A stretch of DNA of 64,000 nt, taken from Phaeosaccion multiseriatum. Its lineage: Eukaryota > Protista > Ochrophyta, other classes. The DNA lies in NCBI GenBank assembly GCA_965112735.1, contig OZ218963.1, positions 310,001-374,000 on the forward strand, given 5' to 3'. The notes below the pieces were generated by a model. It was not told where the DNA came from. It was given only the letters and a program-made list of their open reading frames with translations, and did not search any database. Below are positions 11,601 to 23,774 of the stretch, in pieces. Numbering within the stretch: the first letter of the stretch is position 1; each line of letters starts with the position of its first letter. The translations under genes and the position numbers were made by a program.

Positions 11601-12402
11601 AAATGTCGTTGCTCTGCCCCTCTCCTCAGGGTGGCCGTCATCTCCACTACCACCAGGCTCGACGTCAGAGGTCCCATCAGACTCCTCAGTAGACATCTGC
11701 ATCTCAGCCTCCCTTTCTTTCAGTCTCCTGAATGTCTTGTGGTCGCCATTCGTCGCCTGCTGGAAGTCATTCCACGTCATCGGCCGATGGAAGGTCCTTC
11801 CCAATGCTCTCAAGGATGGATTCATCAGATAGCCCCTTCACGTTAAGCCTGCCATGACAAGACGAAGAACAAGCAAGGATGAGACCATGAAATTCGGAAG
11901 GGTCTGCTCCAAAGGTCGTTCCCAAGCTTCACATGTTGCTGTGGCTCACCTTGGTGTCTCTCCCCTCAGCTCGGCCAAGAAAGCCTTCAGTCCTTCCTTG
12001 CTGGTACCAGGTGTGCCACTCACACCTTTGAATAACTTCTGGACATCGTTGTAGGTAAGTTCCTTCACGTCGTGGTGAACATCCTTCAGGAATGAGAGAT
12101 AACCTTATCCTTCTTCCTTTTTTCTCTCTTCTCTGGGTCCCTCACGTGGCAAACCAAGGCTCTTTTGAACTCCAAGAAGGAAAGCACTCCCGCAGCCATC
12201 ATCTTGTCCGGCCATTGCAATGGGGGCGACGCTGCAGCCGGAACAGCAGCGGCAGCAGAGGCCATAAGCAGGTGCGCGTGTGGAGGAGAGGTTTGAAATC
12301 TGGGGAAGCTATTACTTTTAGTGCCTTACGTAAGTACGTCACGTAAGATTATTCCCCCATCCATCCCCCCCCCCCCCCTCCCTTCACCCAGGTATTACTC
12401 TT
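8648..12402 (-). mobile_element. Putative full extent of the pogo-like DNA transposon (5' part also present at 1-397)
   Basis: The transposase lies inside. Weak candidate TIRs: AAGAGTAATAAAACCTGTGTGA (8648-8669) and reverse complement AAGAGTAATACCTGGGTGA (12384-12402). No clean TA duplication. Confidence 0.45.
9254..11562 (-). pseudogene. Degenerate pogo/Fot1-type DDE_1 transposase
   Basis: HTH_psq-like KAARQYGITKTAL, CENP-B-like FVASGGWL, then KRRHPSL..RRAQPLE after a frameshift near 11295. Intron ~11178-10760. Catalytic motifs WNSDETG, LLLMDG..H and PAHTS..QPLDV..F, plus IKSGFKATGFYP. In-frame TAG at 10509 and further frameshifts. Confidence 0.92.
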
Positions 12403-12777
12403 CTGCACGTTTAATTAATTTGTAATTACGCGTTCTTCTACGCTCTACTCCCCCGCTCTCCCCATTATCTATTGTACAACATAAAAAAAATATACGCTTT
12501 CTTCTACGCTCTACTCCCCCCCTCTCCCCATTTATCTATTGTACAACATCAAAAAAATATCGCTTTCTTCTACGCTCTAGTAGTAGTCTCACCCCCGCCC
12601 CCCTCCCTCCACTCCACTCCACCCCAAAGCTCACAACGAAGTCCGCCTGAGTGCCCTCTCCTCCTTTCCCCCCGACCCCTCGCTCCACTCCAAAAGGCAG
12701 GCCGTCACCCCCCCTGTACTGCATAGACTGCTGCGGCTGCAGAGACTGGCTGGCGCTGCATGGGCTGTCCCCCCTCC

Positions 12778-14868
12778 TCATCTCCCTGCTGCTGCTGCTG
12801 CTGCCCCTGCTGCTGCCTGCCCCCCCCAAACAGACTGGCTGGCCGTCGCCCCCGCCCACCCCCTCCCCGAGCTGCCGCCCCCCACCGTGTAGTGAGGAGC
12901 ACCTTGAGTGGGAGCAGTGTTTGCCCCTGTGCCCCCCCCCCTCTCCTCGTCCCCATCCGTGTCCTCATCCATGTCCGCGTCGTCATCCCCATCAGTCCTC
13001 CCTCCCCCCACACTCCCCTCCCCTCCTCCTCCTCCTCCTCCTCCTCCTCCTCCTCCTCCTCCTCCTCCTCCTCCTCCTCCTCCTCCTCGGCCAACAGGGC
13101 TGAGATCGACGCCCTGCTGCCTCCTCGCCCACCTCGTCCTCTCTTCCGTCTGTGCATCGATCGGGCCGAGGGGCACTCGGCGGTAGGTAATGTAGAGCTC
13201 CTCGTTGTTGCAAGTGAAGGACGCATACTTGACATTCTGGCGCTCCGGGGGGGGCTCCACTACAACTACAATATGCACCACCACCACAGGCACGTCGGGG
13301 CAGTAATAGAGCTCTTCCCAGATGTCCAGCATGGAGGGGACGGCAAGGCTCACCAGCGCCTCCCCCGCATCCCTCCTTTCTATAACCGCACGACCACCGT
13401 GGGACGCCATATGCTTGCCGATGCTAAAACGTACCACCAACTGACCCTCCACGAGGGACTCCAGTGCGTCGTCGTCCCCCTGGAACAGCAGCTTGCCCCT
13501 CGTCAGGCCGTCGAAGGGGCAGCTCAGAGTGGTGGTGTAGCACTTGACGCCGCAGGTCCCGCTCGGAACCACCCTTCCCCCACCACCTCCTCCTCCCCCT
13601 CCACCCCTCCCCTTTCTTCTGCCGACGCCGCCGCTCCTCCTCCCTTTCCCTCCTCCCCGACGTCGCCCCCTTCCTCTGCCATATCCCCTCCTGGCCCACG
13701 CTCCGCCGACCTGGTCACCTCCGAAAGCATTCGACCCATGCTGCTAAAATTGGAACTCAAATTGGAGAGCACACTCATGTTGCTCGTGCTCATATTCGCA
13801 CTCACGCCCGACCCCACTCGCGGCCCCGTGCGCTCCGACTCCACAATCGTCTCGCTCCAACTCCGACTCGGGCCCGGTTGTACCTCCGGCGCCTCGTCAA
13901 CGTCCACGTGGTCATACACGTCCAAGTTCAATGGATCTTCGAGGGAGTTGTGCCGATTAATTGGGTATTGCAGCTGCTGCCGGGGCTGCTGTAATCGACT
14001 GTCATCCGTGTGGCCGCTGTGCCTGCTGGGGGGAGACTCGTCCCCACCCACGTTTGATCCGTCGTCGTCCGAGGTATCTGAGTGCTCCGGACGCCCCCCC
14101 CCCGGGTAGTCCTCGTTCCGTCCCGGAGCAGGGGATTCACGAGGGGTTGGTGGGGCGCTCCTGTTGCTCGCACTCTTCCTGCCCCGCGGCAGCGGGATGG
14201 GCACAACCTCGATGCGGGCCGAAGGGAACTCCCCCTTGAGGAGGCGGCAGGGCCCCTGGCTCGGCTGGGGGCCGTTGAACCTGACCTTAATCTCCATGGC
14301 GCCGTCCCTCTCTGCGGCGGGCTCCAGCTCCCACTCGAGAATGGTGGTGTACTTGGTCTTGAACTTCATCAGCAGGTGCGAGGCCGTCACTGTGTGTTGC
14401 AGTGCAGCAGTGCGAGGCAGGGAGGGAAGTGGTGTGTGGGTCATTGAGTCATCGGATTGGGTAGTAGGCAACAACCTCTCTCTCTCTTCTTGTTCTCTCT
14501 ACCACGGCCGGAACGCGACGCCGCCCGGCCGGCCGCCCCTCGCCAGCCAGCCATGGCTGCCCGCCCGCCCCTCCCCAGGCTTCGTTCGACTCCACTCGCG
14601 GCTATTGTTGAAGCATGGAACAAGTGGTTTGTCGACACTCTCGCACCATCCACGCACGTCACGTCTTCTCACATCTTGGTATTGATTGTGTTGGATCAGC
14701 CTACTACTCCTTTCTCTCCCCTGCCTGCCTCCGCACCCTGCCTCCGCAGCCCTCCTACACTAGTAGGTCCCTCACGCTGCGTCACTCACCATTTTGTGCG
14801 GCTGCTGCCAAGTCATGCACGCGGAACAGCCAGCACCGGTTCTTCTTAGTCTCCTCATTCGACGCCAT
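12778..14868 (-). pseudogene. Paralogue A' (near-identical to A) with a 1-nt frameshift near 13595
   Basis: Exon 1 at 14868-14790, exon 2 from 14389. A C-run is one base shorter than in A, which splits the ORF. This could be an assembly error. Confidence 0.7.
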
Positions 14869-15716
14869 CCCTCCTTGCTTGTTCCCTGGTGCTGTGGCGT
14901 CAGCTTGCTTGGCTGTTCTTGGCTGTGTGTGGTGTGTTGCTTATCAGCACAATCACTGCCTCCTGCCTGCGCTGCTGCAAGCAACCCGCTGCCGCTGCCT
15001 GCGCTCCCCCCGCTCTACCAACCGGGTGTGCGAGGGCGAAAAAATGAAGGCACTGTCGCTGGAGGTTGCTTGTTCTTGGACTGTTCTTCCTGCTGGTTTC
15101 TATTGAAGCAAGTCTTCACGGATCTCTGTTTCCAGAATATAGATGCTGCCGTGCGTGCGCGTGCGCGCCGCAAAGAGGAGGTGTTTGCCGGGGCGTCCGA
15201 GCGTTGCTGTGTCCAGATCAACCGCTCGCAAAAAACGGGGTGAAGAATGAAGAATCCGTGACTTTTATTGACTTCATAGGAATCACCACTTTTTAATTCC
15301 TTTTTCTCCTTTTTCTCAGGAATAATTTCTCTTCGATTCTCTGGCCCCCCGATAGATAAGAAGCCCAGGCCTGTGTTGCGATGTCCCTAGCGCAGTTACC
15401 AACAGGGCTCCATATAGTGCCAACGAATATATATATTATATATATATATATATATAATGTATATATTATATATATATTGTCTTCATAATAATCTCATGTA
15501 CATCAGTGACCCCAGAACCAAGGAAGGAGGGGCGCCAAAGTGGGATCAAGTGGTTATCACCGGATCCCAATTACAGACACTTCACTGACATATCTTAACA
15601 CCCCCCTTGGATCGATGCTCCTTCTCCCCTAAACAATTCGATAATACATAATACACCGCAGGACCAATGAGGAAAAGACAACTCAAAAAAAAAAAAATAA
15701 TAATAATATAAATTAA

Positions 15717-15963
15717 CACTCGATTTGCGCAAGAATCGCGTAAATGGCCCCCAATATATTTTTTGCATGAACTCCGCAAAATAGGCGCCGGGAGAAACGC
15801 GTGTGTAGCTCTTTGAGATGCCATCAGATGCCATCGATCAATAGTCTTTCGTCTTTCATCGCTTTTTCCCTTCCCTACTTGTCGGCATTTCTGCAAGAGC
15901 ACTCCCCCTTGCCGCCCGACCCCTAAAAAACGGGGGATTTGGGCGATTCTTACGAATCGAGTG
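15717..15963. mobile_element. Second copy of the TTAA-flanked MITE
   Basis: TTAA at 15713-15716 and 15964-15967; TIRs slightly more decayed. Confidence 0.78.
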
Positions 15964-16018
15964 TTAAAAATACGCTAGATTCCCCCCCCCCTCCCTCCAC
16001 TCCACTCCACCCCGAAGC

Positions 16019-17120
16019 TCACAGCGAAGTCCGCCTGAGTGCCCTCTCCTCCTTTCCCCCCGACCCCTCCACTCCAAAAGGCGGGCCGTCACCCCCGCTG
16101 TACTGCATCGACTGCGGCTGCAGCGACTGGCGCTGCATGTGCTGTCCCCCCTCCTCCTCTCCCTGCTGCTGCTGCTGCTGCTGCTGCCCCTGCTGCTGCC
16201 TGCCCCCCCCAAACAGACTGGCCGTCGCCCCCGCCCACCCCCTCCCCGAGCTGCCGCCCCCCACCGTATAGTGAGCCCCTTGAGTGGAAGCAGTGTTTGC
16301 CCCTGTGCCCCCCCCCCTCTCCTCCCCATCCGTGCCCTCATCCATGTCCGCGTCGTCATCCCCATCAGCCCTCCCTCCCCCCATACCCTCCTCCCCTCCT
16401 CCTCCTCCTCCTCCTCCTCCTCCTCCTCCTCCTCCTCCTCCTCCTCCTCCTCCTCCTCCTCCTCCTCCTCCTCCTCCCCCTCCGCCTCCGCCTCCTCCTC
16501 CTCCTCCTCCTCCTCCCCCTCCCACAGGGCCAACAGGGCTGAGATGGACGCCCTGCTGCCTCCTCGCCCACCTCGTCCTCTCTTCCGTCTGTGCATCGAT
16601 CGGGCCGAGGGGCACTCTGCGGTAAGTAATGTAGAGCTCCTCGTTGTTGCATGTGAAGGACGCGTACTTGACATTCTGGCGCTCCGGAGGGCCCTCCACT
16701 ACAACTAAAACGTCCACCACCACCACATGCACGTTGGGGCAGTGATAGAGCTCTGGCCAGATGTCCAGTATGGAGGGGAAGGCAAAACTCACCAGGGCCT
16801 CCGCCGTACCCATACTTTGTATAAGCGCACGGCCGCCGTAGGACACCTCACGCTTGCCGATGCTAAAATATACCACCAACTGACCCTCCAGGAGAGACTT
16901 TAGTACGTCGTCGCCCCCCTGGAACAGCAGCATGCCCCTCTTCAGGCCGTCGAAGGGGCAGCTCAGAGTGGTGGTGTAGCACTTGACGCCGCAGGTCCCG
17001 CTCGGAACCACCCTTCCCCCACTACCTCCTCCCCCCTCCACCCCTCCCCTTTCTCCTGCCGCCGGGTCTCCCACAGCCCCTACAGCTGCCAACGCGGCCA
17101 CTCCCGCTGCCGTATCACCA

Positions 17121-17168
<48 letters not shown>

Positions 17169-18841
17169 GCCGCTCCTCCTCCTCCTCCTCCTCCCTCCTC
17201 ACCGACGTCGCCCTCTTCCACTGCCATCTCCCCTGCCCCAAGCACCTCCGACATGGTCACGCCACCCCCCACCTCCGAAAGCACTCGACCCATGTTGCTA
17301 AAATTGGAACTCAAGTTGGAGAGCCCACTCATGTTGCTCGTGCTCATATTCGCACTCATGCTCGACCCCACTCGCTGCCCCGTGGGCCCCGAGTCCGACA
17401 GCAGTTCACCCCACCCCGTCGACGAAATGGAGCTGTCCTTCTTGCTGGGATTCAGGCCGGCCAGTGCCTTCGCTGCCTGCCCTGGGTCAGCGTCGCTAAA
17501 GTCTGGGGGCCCCCCGTCTGCCTCCTCGCCTTGGTCCACGTCCACGTCCCCATCCAAGTCAAGTCCTACAGGCCTCGCCACGTGTTTCTGGAATGAATTG
17601 AGCCCTCTCAGGGAGAGCAGCTCCGCCGGAGGAGGGGGAGGCTCGAGAATGTCGTGCCTTGGTGCTCCCCTACTCATGTTCATGTTCATGTTGCCTTGCC
17701 TTCCCTCTGCCCCTCTTCCCCCCCCCCGCTCACGCCCGCCGCCCTGCTGCCGCTCGTCCTTGCACTCCTCGTCATCGTTGTCCTCACTGTCGTACTCGTC
17801 ACCCCTGTTGCCCCCCCTGTGGGTGGCGTATGCCACACTTCTCAGCTGCTGGTGGTACTGCTGTTGGTGGTACTGCTGCTGCTGGAGCCCTTGACTCATG
17901 CGATTATACTGCACCTGCTGGCCGTGCTGCTGCCATCCGTTGCCATCCGTGTAGGCACTGCTGCCGTGATATTCGTCCCCAGACGCATCTGATCCGTCAA
18001 CCTCCGAGGCATCTGAGTACCCCCGATGGGCCCCTCGAGGGTAGTCCTCGTTCCCTCCCAGAGCGGAGGCCCCTGAAGCGGCAGCAGCGGCCGCAGCAGA
18101 AGGGGTTGGTGATGTGGGAGGCGTCTTGCGGTGCCTTTTGCTGCTGTTACTACTGAGCTTGCTAGCACCTCTAGCAGCACCTACAGGAAGGGCGCTGCTG
18201 TTGCTCTTCCTGCCCCGCGGCAGTTCGACGGGCACAGCCTCGATGCGGGCCGAAGGGAACTCCCCCTTGAGGAGAAAGCAGGGCCCCTCGCTCGGCTGGG
18301 GGCCCTTGAACTTAACCTTAATCTCCATTGCGCCGTCAATCTCTGCGGCGGGCTCCAGCTCGCACTCGAGAATGGTGGTGTACTTGGTCTTGAACTTCAT
18401 CAGCAGGTCCGAGGCCGTCACTGTGTGTTGCAGTGCAGCAGCGCGAGGCAGGGAGGGAAGGGGTGTGTGGGTCATCGAGTCATCGGATTGGGTAGGCAAC
18501 CTCTCTCTCGTCTCTCTACCCCGGAACGTGACGCCTACCGCCCCTCGCCATGCCCCCCCCCCCCCCCCAGGCTTGGTTTTACTCGAGTGGTGGCCGATGT
18601 TGAAGCATGAAAGGAACAAGTGCTCTGTCGACGCTCTCCCACCATCCACGCACATCACGTCTTTATCACGTCTAGATATATTGTTCTTGATTGTTTGGAC
18701 CACCCCTCCGCTCTCCCCCTTCGCACCCTCCGCAGGCCTACCCTCTCATTACTCTCGCTCACCATTCTGTGTGGCTGCGGCCAAGTCATGCACGCGGAAC
18801 AGCCAGCACCGCTGCTTTTTGGTCCCCTTATTCGACGCCAT
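16019..18841 (-). CDS. Unknown family, paralogue D (longest, ~826 aa; exons 18841-18763, 18420-16019)
   Basis: Exon 1 MASNKGTKKQRCWLFRVHDLAAATQN, same splice sites, expanded low-complexity linker and longer C-terminus. Confidence 0.82.
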
Positions 18842-19335
18842 CCCTGCTGCGGCGTCAGCCATGTTGTGTGTGTGTTATCAGCACAATTACTGTCTCCTGC
18901 GCTGCTGCAACCCGCTGCCGCTGCCTGTCAGTCCCCCCGCTCTACCTTTTTCCGGATGCGAATGAAACTCTTTCGTTCTGCTCTGTCGCTGCTGGCTGTC
19001 TCGCGCCTCGCACAAAGCCACTCTTTGTTGGAGCCTTAACTCGTTGTTCTCTGTGCGCTGCCTCCTTCCCCCCCCACACTATTCTATTCAAGTCTTCGCG
19101 GATCTCTGTTTCCAAATATAGACGCTGCCGTGCGCGCCGACACAAGAGGAGGCCGCTGTGTCCAAGCGTGGCCCAGATCGATCAACAGCTCCGCTGCCTC
19201 GGGTTTGTTTTTCCGTGCTCGCCGTTCCGTTGATGATCGCCTTCTCGTGAAGAATCAGTGATCGATGGCCTCGGGTTCCAGTTTGAGATGGATGGCAGCA
19301 AAAGGGCATCAAACTTCACACAAACTTGTGCAGCG

Positions 19336-20515
19336 ATGGCGAGTGGCGCCCCTCCCGCCGAGTGAGTGCTTTAGCGAGTAAAGCGGGTGGTGGTGGCGGT
19401 GGTGCTGCTGCTTGTGGTGGCTGTGGTTAGGGGGATGCAGGGTGTGTGGTTGCTTTTGCGGCAGGGTGGTGAGGCATAACTGCCAAAGTCTCCTCCCTCT
19501 GTCTTTGATACCGAGACCTTGCTCTCCACCTTGTTCTCCTTCCTCCCCTTCTCATTGGCGATGTCTGCCAGTTTCCTGCCCGCCGCCAGTGTCCCTCCTA
19601 TACGGGTCTTACCGGCTCCCTCCCTCCTCCTGATTGTGACCCACCGCCCTTCCTCCCCGCCCCCCTCCTCCTCCTCCTCCTGCTGGAACAGTCCTCTGGC
19701 AGACCGACGACGGAAAGATGAGGCGGTTCGGGCGACCATTATGCAAAAGCTGGTGGAGACAGGGGAGAAGGAGCGACTCAAGGCAAGTATAGCGTGATCG
19801 GGCTTCAAGGGAGTGCTATCCTCCCGATGGGTTCCTTTATTTTGCCGATTAGCTTAGCTGTCTCTCTGCCGGTACTGTGGCTGTCGTGCCGTCCTCGCGT
19901 GAAGAAAATGCCCCCTCTCATGCTATGCTAATGGAGCGATGTGTCTTGCTGCAATTCATTGTGGCTGTCTGTCGCGGGTTGGAACGAGCAGGATTTGCTC
20001 CGAGAGCGTCTGATTCAGTGCGGTTGGAAGGATGATCTCAAGGAGCACTGCAAGGAGATCATCCACAGCAAGGGGCTCGAGAAGATTACTGTGGATGAGC
20101 TTGTGGCAGAAATCACCCCGAAAGGAAGAGGTGAGGGAGGAGAGGAGGGAGGGAGGCAGGCCGGGTGGAAAGGAGGGACGAAAGGAGGGAGGGAGGAAGG
20201 GCGGCGGTGGGTGGAGTGGAGCAGACAGCAACACAGCATGCAGGGCGCACTCACCGCTCACCGCATTGCACATATTCCTCGGGCGCCGGACTCTGCTGCT
20301 GAACACACCGGCACCCATCCACGAAACAAGGCACCCTCTCCCCTCCCTCTCCCTATCTGCGGATGGAAACGCCCTCTCTCTCTGTCTTTGTCAAACCCAC
20401 CGCCCGCCTCCGCTCTCTCTCACTCTGCTCCCCCCCCCCCCCCTCTCTCAGCCACGGTGCCTGATGACGTCAAGGCCGAGCTGCTGCAGAGGATTCGGAA
20501 CTTCCTCCAGTCGGC

Positions 20516-20519
<4 letters not shown>
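19336..20519 (+). CDS. ENY2: Transcription and mRNA export factor ENY2/Sus1; exons 19336-19361, 19692-19782, 19992-20130, 20452-20519
   Basis: Spliced product ..[17 protein letters not shown]|[39 protein letters not shown]|[19 protein letters not shown] matches the Sus1/ENY2 consensus. Exon 1 was inferred from phase. Confidence 0.93.
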
Positions 20520-20552
<33 letters not shown>

Positions 20553-21488
20553 GCATACGCCACTTGCTCCCGTCTACACGATGACGCCATAGACCCGTTA
20601 CCTGAGTGTGTGTGTGTGTGTGTGTTTGTGTGTGCGAGAGGTGGCAGATGGGCACTGGCCACATGCTGTGCTGTGTGTCGCTTCGCCATTCCTTGATGAA
20701 GCACCTTCCGCCCCCCGGGGCACCTTCTCCCTCCCTCCACGCCCTTCCAATCCAATCCTATCGGCGAGATTGATGTTTTGCACCATTCGGTGCGTGAGAA
20801 GCACGGCGAAGATGGGGAGCAGCGGCCGAAGAAACAAGTGTGTGTGTGCACATAGAAAGACTTGGGGGTGCACATAGAAAGACTTGGGGGGTGCTCTGCT
20901 TGGAATGGAGTAGCCGGGTGCCGTGCTATCGCTGTCCATGTCTTGGCGTGGAGGGGGTGAGGGGGGCGTAGAACGTGCGGGTAGTGCCTCTTTGTAAATA
21001 ATACAATATATGAAAAGAGTGTGCTCCGAATCGGATCGTTTGGGTTGGTTTGACTCTGGTGGGGGAGAAGTCTCTCTTATATATTGTTTTATCATATTCA
21101 GTATTTATAGCGAGAGTCTCTCTGCAGTATAGTGTAATCTCGAAAGAGGCGGACCCGCTCCCAACCGAGGAGAGCCTGCACGGCTTGCCCAGGCTCCTCC
21201 TCCTCCTCCTCCACCACCACCTCCTATACTGAGGTAGGGTGTGCCTTTGCCAATGGGGTTTGCTTCCCCCCCGTGCCCAGCACCCGTTCTCGGCGCCAGG
21301 ACACGTTCATCCTCCGGCCTTGGTCTCTGGACTGGGCATGATCGGTTAAGGCCTGGATGATGACGAAAGGACCACTGCTGGGGGGAGAAGGACCATCCAC
21401 ATGTAACTAGGAGGCAAACCTCCCCATGGGCGAAGACGAATCTAGTCGCAAGCAGCTGGCCAACTGTAACTACTGCTACTATAACTAC

Positions 21489-22261
21489 TTACTCCTCCTC
21501 CTCCTCCTCCTCAGCCTCCTCCTCTCCTCCGAAGGTCGGCTTTGGTGGGATAAGCTCCTGGTAGTGGGGTGCGAACTTGATCATCTCGTTGTACTTGTGC
21601 GTAATGTCTCTGCAGTTCTGGTAGTGGTTCACGCCTTCCTTCATGTAGCAATCTCTTACCTGCAACAGCAGCAGAAGAAAAAAAGAAGCACAGGCTGGAT
21701 TGTGAGCAACGGTAGAGGGACACTAGACGAGCAAGGGGCCGCCAGCTTCATGGAATTGGGTTAGGTGATATGCGTCAGTGTTAAAAAGCTCGATTCATTA
21801 ACTCATCACAACGATCAGTATTGGATTTCTGAAGTTTCACATCATCCGCGGCGTCTCCTGGGGCCATCTAGTTTGTGTCAAGGTAACAGCAGGAAGAGAA
21901 GGGCAAAACAAAAATAGTTCCTGCCTTCCTTGGCTCCTTCCCTTTCTTGTTTCAGTCGGTGCCAGCCCGCCCATCCCCTCCCAAATACAAGTCTCTTCAT
22001 GCCATACTCCTCCCCACTCACCAAGTCTCTTTGGACCTTGACCATGGCCTTGGCAATCATGGTCTCCCTCGTGGCTTGTGTTATGGCCATTTGCCTCTTG
22101 TAGGCGTCCGATCGGTCGTTGATGTCATACACAGGCTCCTCATCTGGTCGGTAGTCATACCCCGCTGGTCGGTCGTAGAACGTCGTGACGGCGACCGCCA
22201 AGCTCGTGACGAACACGACGGGCTTCAGTGTATAAGGGTACTTGTTCAGGATGTTAAACAT
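21489..22261 (-). CDS. NDUFB10: Complex I subunit NDUFB10/PDSW; exons 22261-22022, 21659-21489
   Basis: RETMIAKAMVKVQRDL|VRDCYMKEGVNHYQNCRDITHKY carries the CY..EGVNH...C signature. Confidence 0.85.
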
Positions 22262-23276
22262 GGTTCTCTGTAGCCGTCCCTGTGTCCCTCTCTCCGGGTG
22301 CTGAAGCAGCAGACGCCCCCCTCCCCGTCACAGAACAAGGCCGCCTCCGCCGCGGCTCCTGCGCTCGAAGGGTGAAGCGATTGTGCAGCCCCCCCTAAGT
22401 CCTCGTCCCCCCAGAGGAAGTGTTTGGGTACTGCCACGGGCAGGCAGGCTTCCTCTTTCCCTCTTGACTGAAAGGCTAAACCTCGGCTCTGTGCGCAGGA
22501 GGCGAGCAACGCGAGAGAGAGGGCAGTGCGGGCCTTTGACTGGGTGGTCGTTTGCAGGAAGAGCCGGGCTAAATGGGTGTGAGGGCAGGCCGGCTATACT
22601 ACTATTTGTAAGAGCCTATCTGTAGAGAGGGGAGAAGGAAATGTGGATGTACCCCCGGGGCCAGCTCACCCCCCTGGAGGAAATGTCGCCTGGAGGGGGA
22701 AAAACTCGTGCTGCAAGGGAGAGAGAGAGGAAAGAGCAAAGACAGCAGGCCGCCGGACGATAGAAAAGGCAGCAGTGTAGCAGGTGAGTCGAGGCTGGCT
22801 TTCGCGTTAGCAGGGGCCGAGTTGGGTGACAGTGACGGAGGAGGGCTGCCACCGCCTCTCCACAGCCGTCTATGGCTTGCAAAGGCCCCAGAACAGAGGA
22901 TCGGGGGAGCGGAGAGGATGCGGCGGGGCCAAGGAGGGAGGGGGGCTCGTGTAAAGGCATAAGGGCGGTGTGGGTGTGGTGAACAGCATGGGACCAGTGT
23001 GTGGCAAGAGAGAAAAAAAGGGATTTAAGAGAGGTCTGGGAGCGGGAGGGAACTATGAATGAGTGGGGGCTCGGACCGGTGATGGCAAAGCCTGCCACGG
23101 AATGTGGCTCCTGGGTCGTGCATATCGCGGGGAAGAACGCATGCAACAATTGCATGCGCCCTCCAATGCTGCCATATCATTGGATCGGGCGGCACAGGGC
23201 ACGGTATATGACAGCTTGGGGGGGGGGACTCACCGACGCCTTCTGTCTCTCTCTCTCTCTCTCTCTCTCCGCAGCC

Positions 23277-23737
23277 ATGGCGGCGCCGGCTGATAAGCTC
23301 GATAACTACGACTTCGAGGGTGCCGATGCCGGTGCCTCGCTGACCTTCCCCAGTGAGGCCGGTCAGATCCGCAAGGGCGGACACATCCTCATCAAGGGAA
23401 AGCCCTGCAAGGTACGTAAGGGGGGGGGGGGGGCGGAGGGCTACAGGACTGGACTGACCACCGGGGGGGGGCATCGATGCATGCAATGGACTGTACAGTT
23501 TTCGCGCGTCTTGGAGGAGATGATTAAGGTGCCAACCATGGCCTGACTGGGGGGTTGTGGTGCGGGAGGGAAGTGTATGGGAAGGAGCTATCGTCGCAGA
23601 GGGAGCGTAGAGCGCAGCCTGCTAGCTCAGCTAGCTTCATGACGGCCCCACCTTCGCGGCGTTAATGGCCTTGTGCGCGTGTTGTCCCATGCCTCTCTCG
23701 TCCCGTCCCGCCCCAACACTAACACCTGATACGCACG

Positions 23738-23774
<37 letters not shown>

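Larger units (their letters stand above)
12006..15978. repeat. Copy 2 of the segmental direct repeat
   Basis: Matches 1-3963; the ORF track is duplicated (87..341 = 12092..12346, etc.). Confidence 0.95.
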
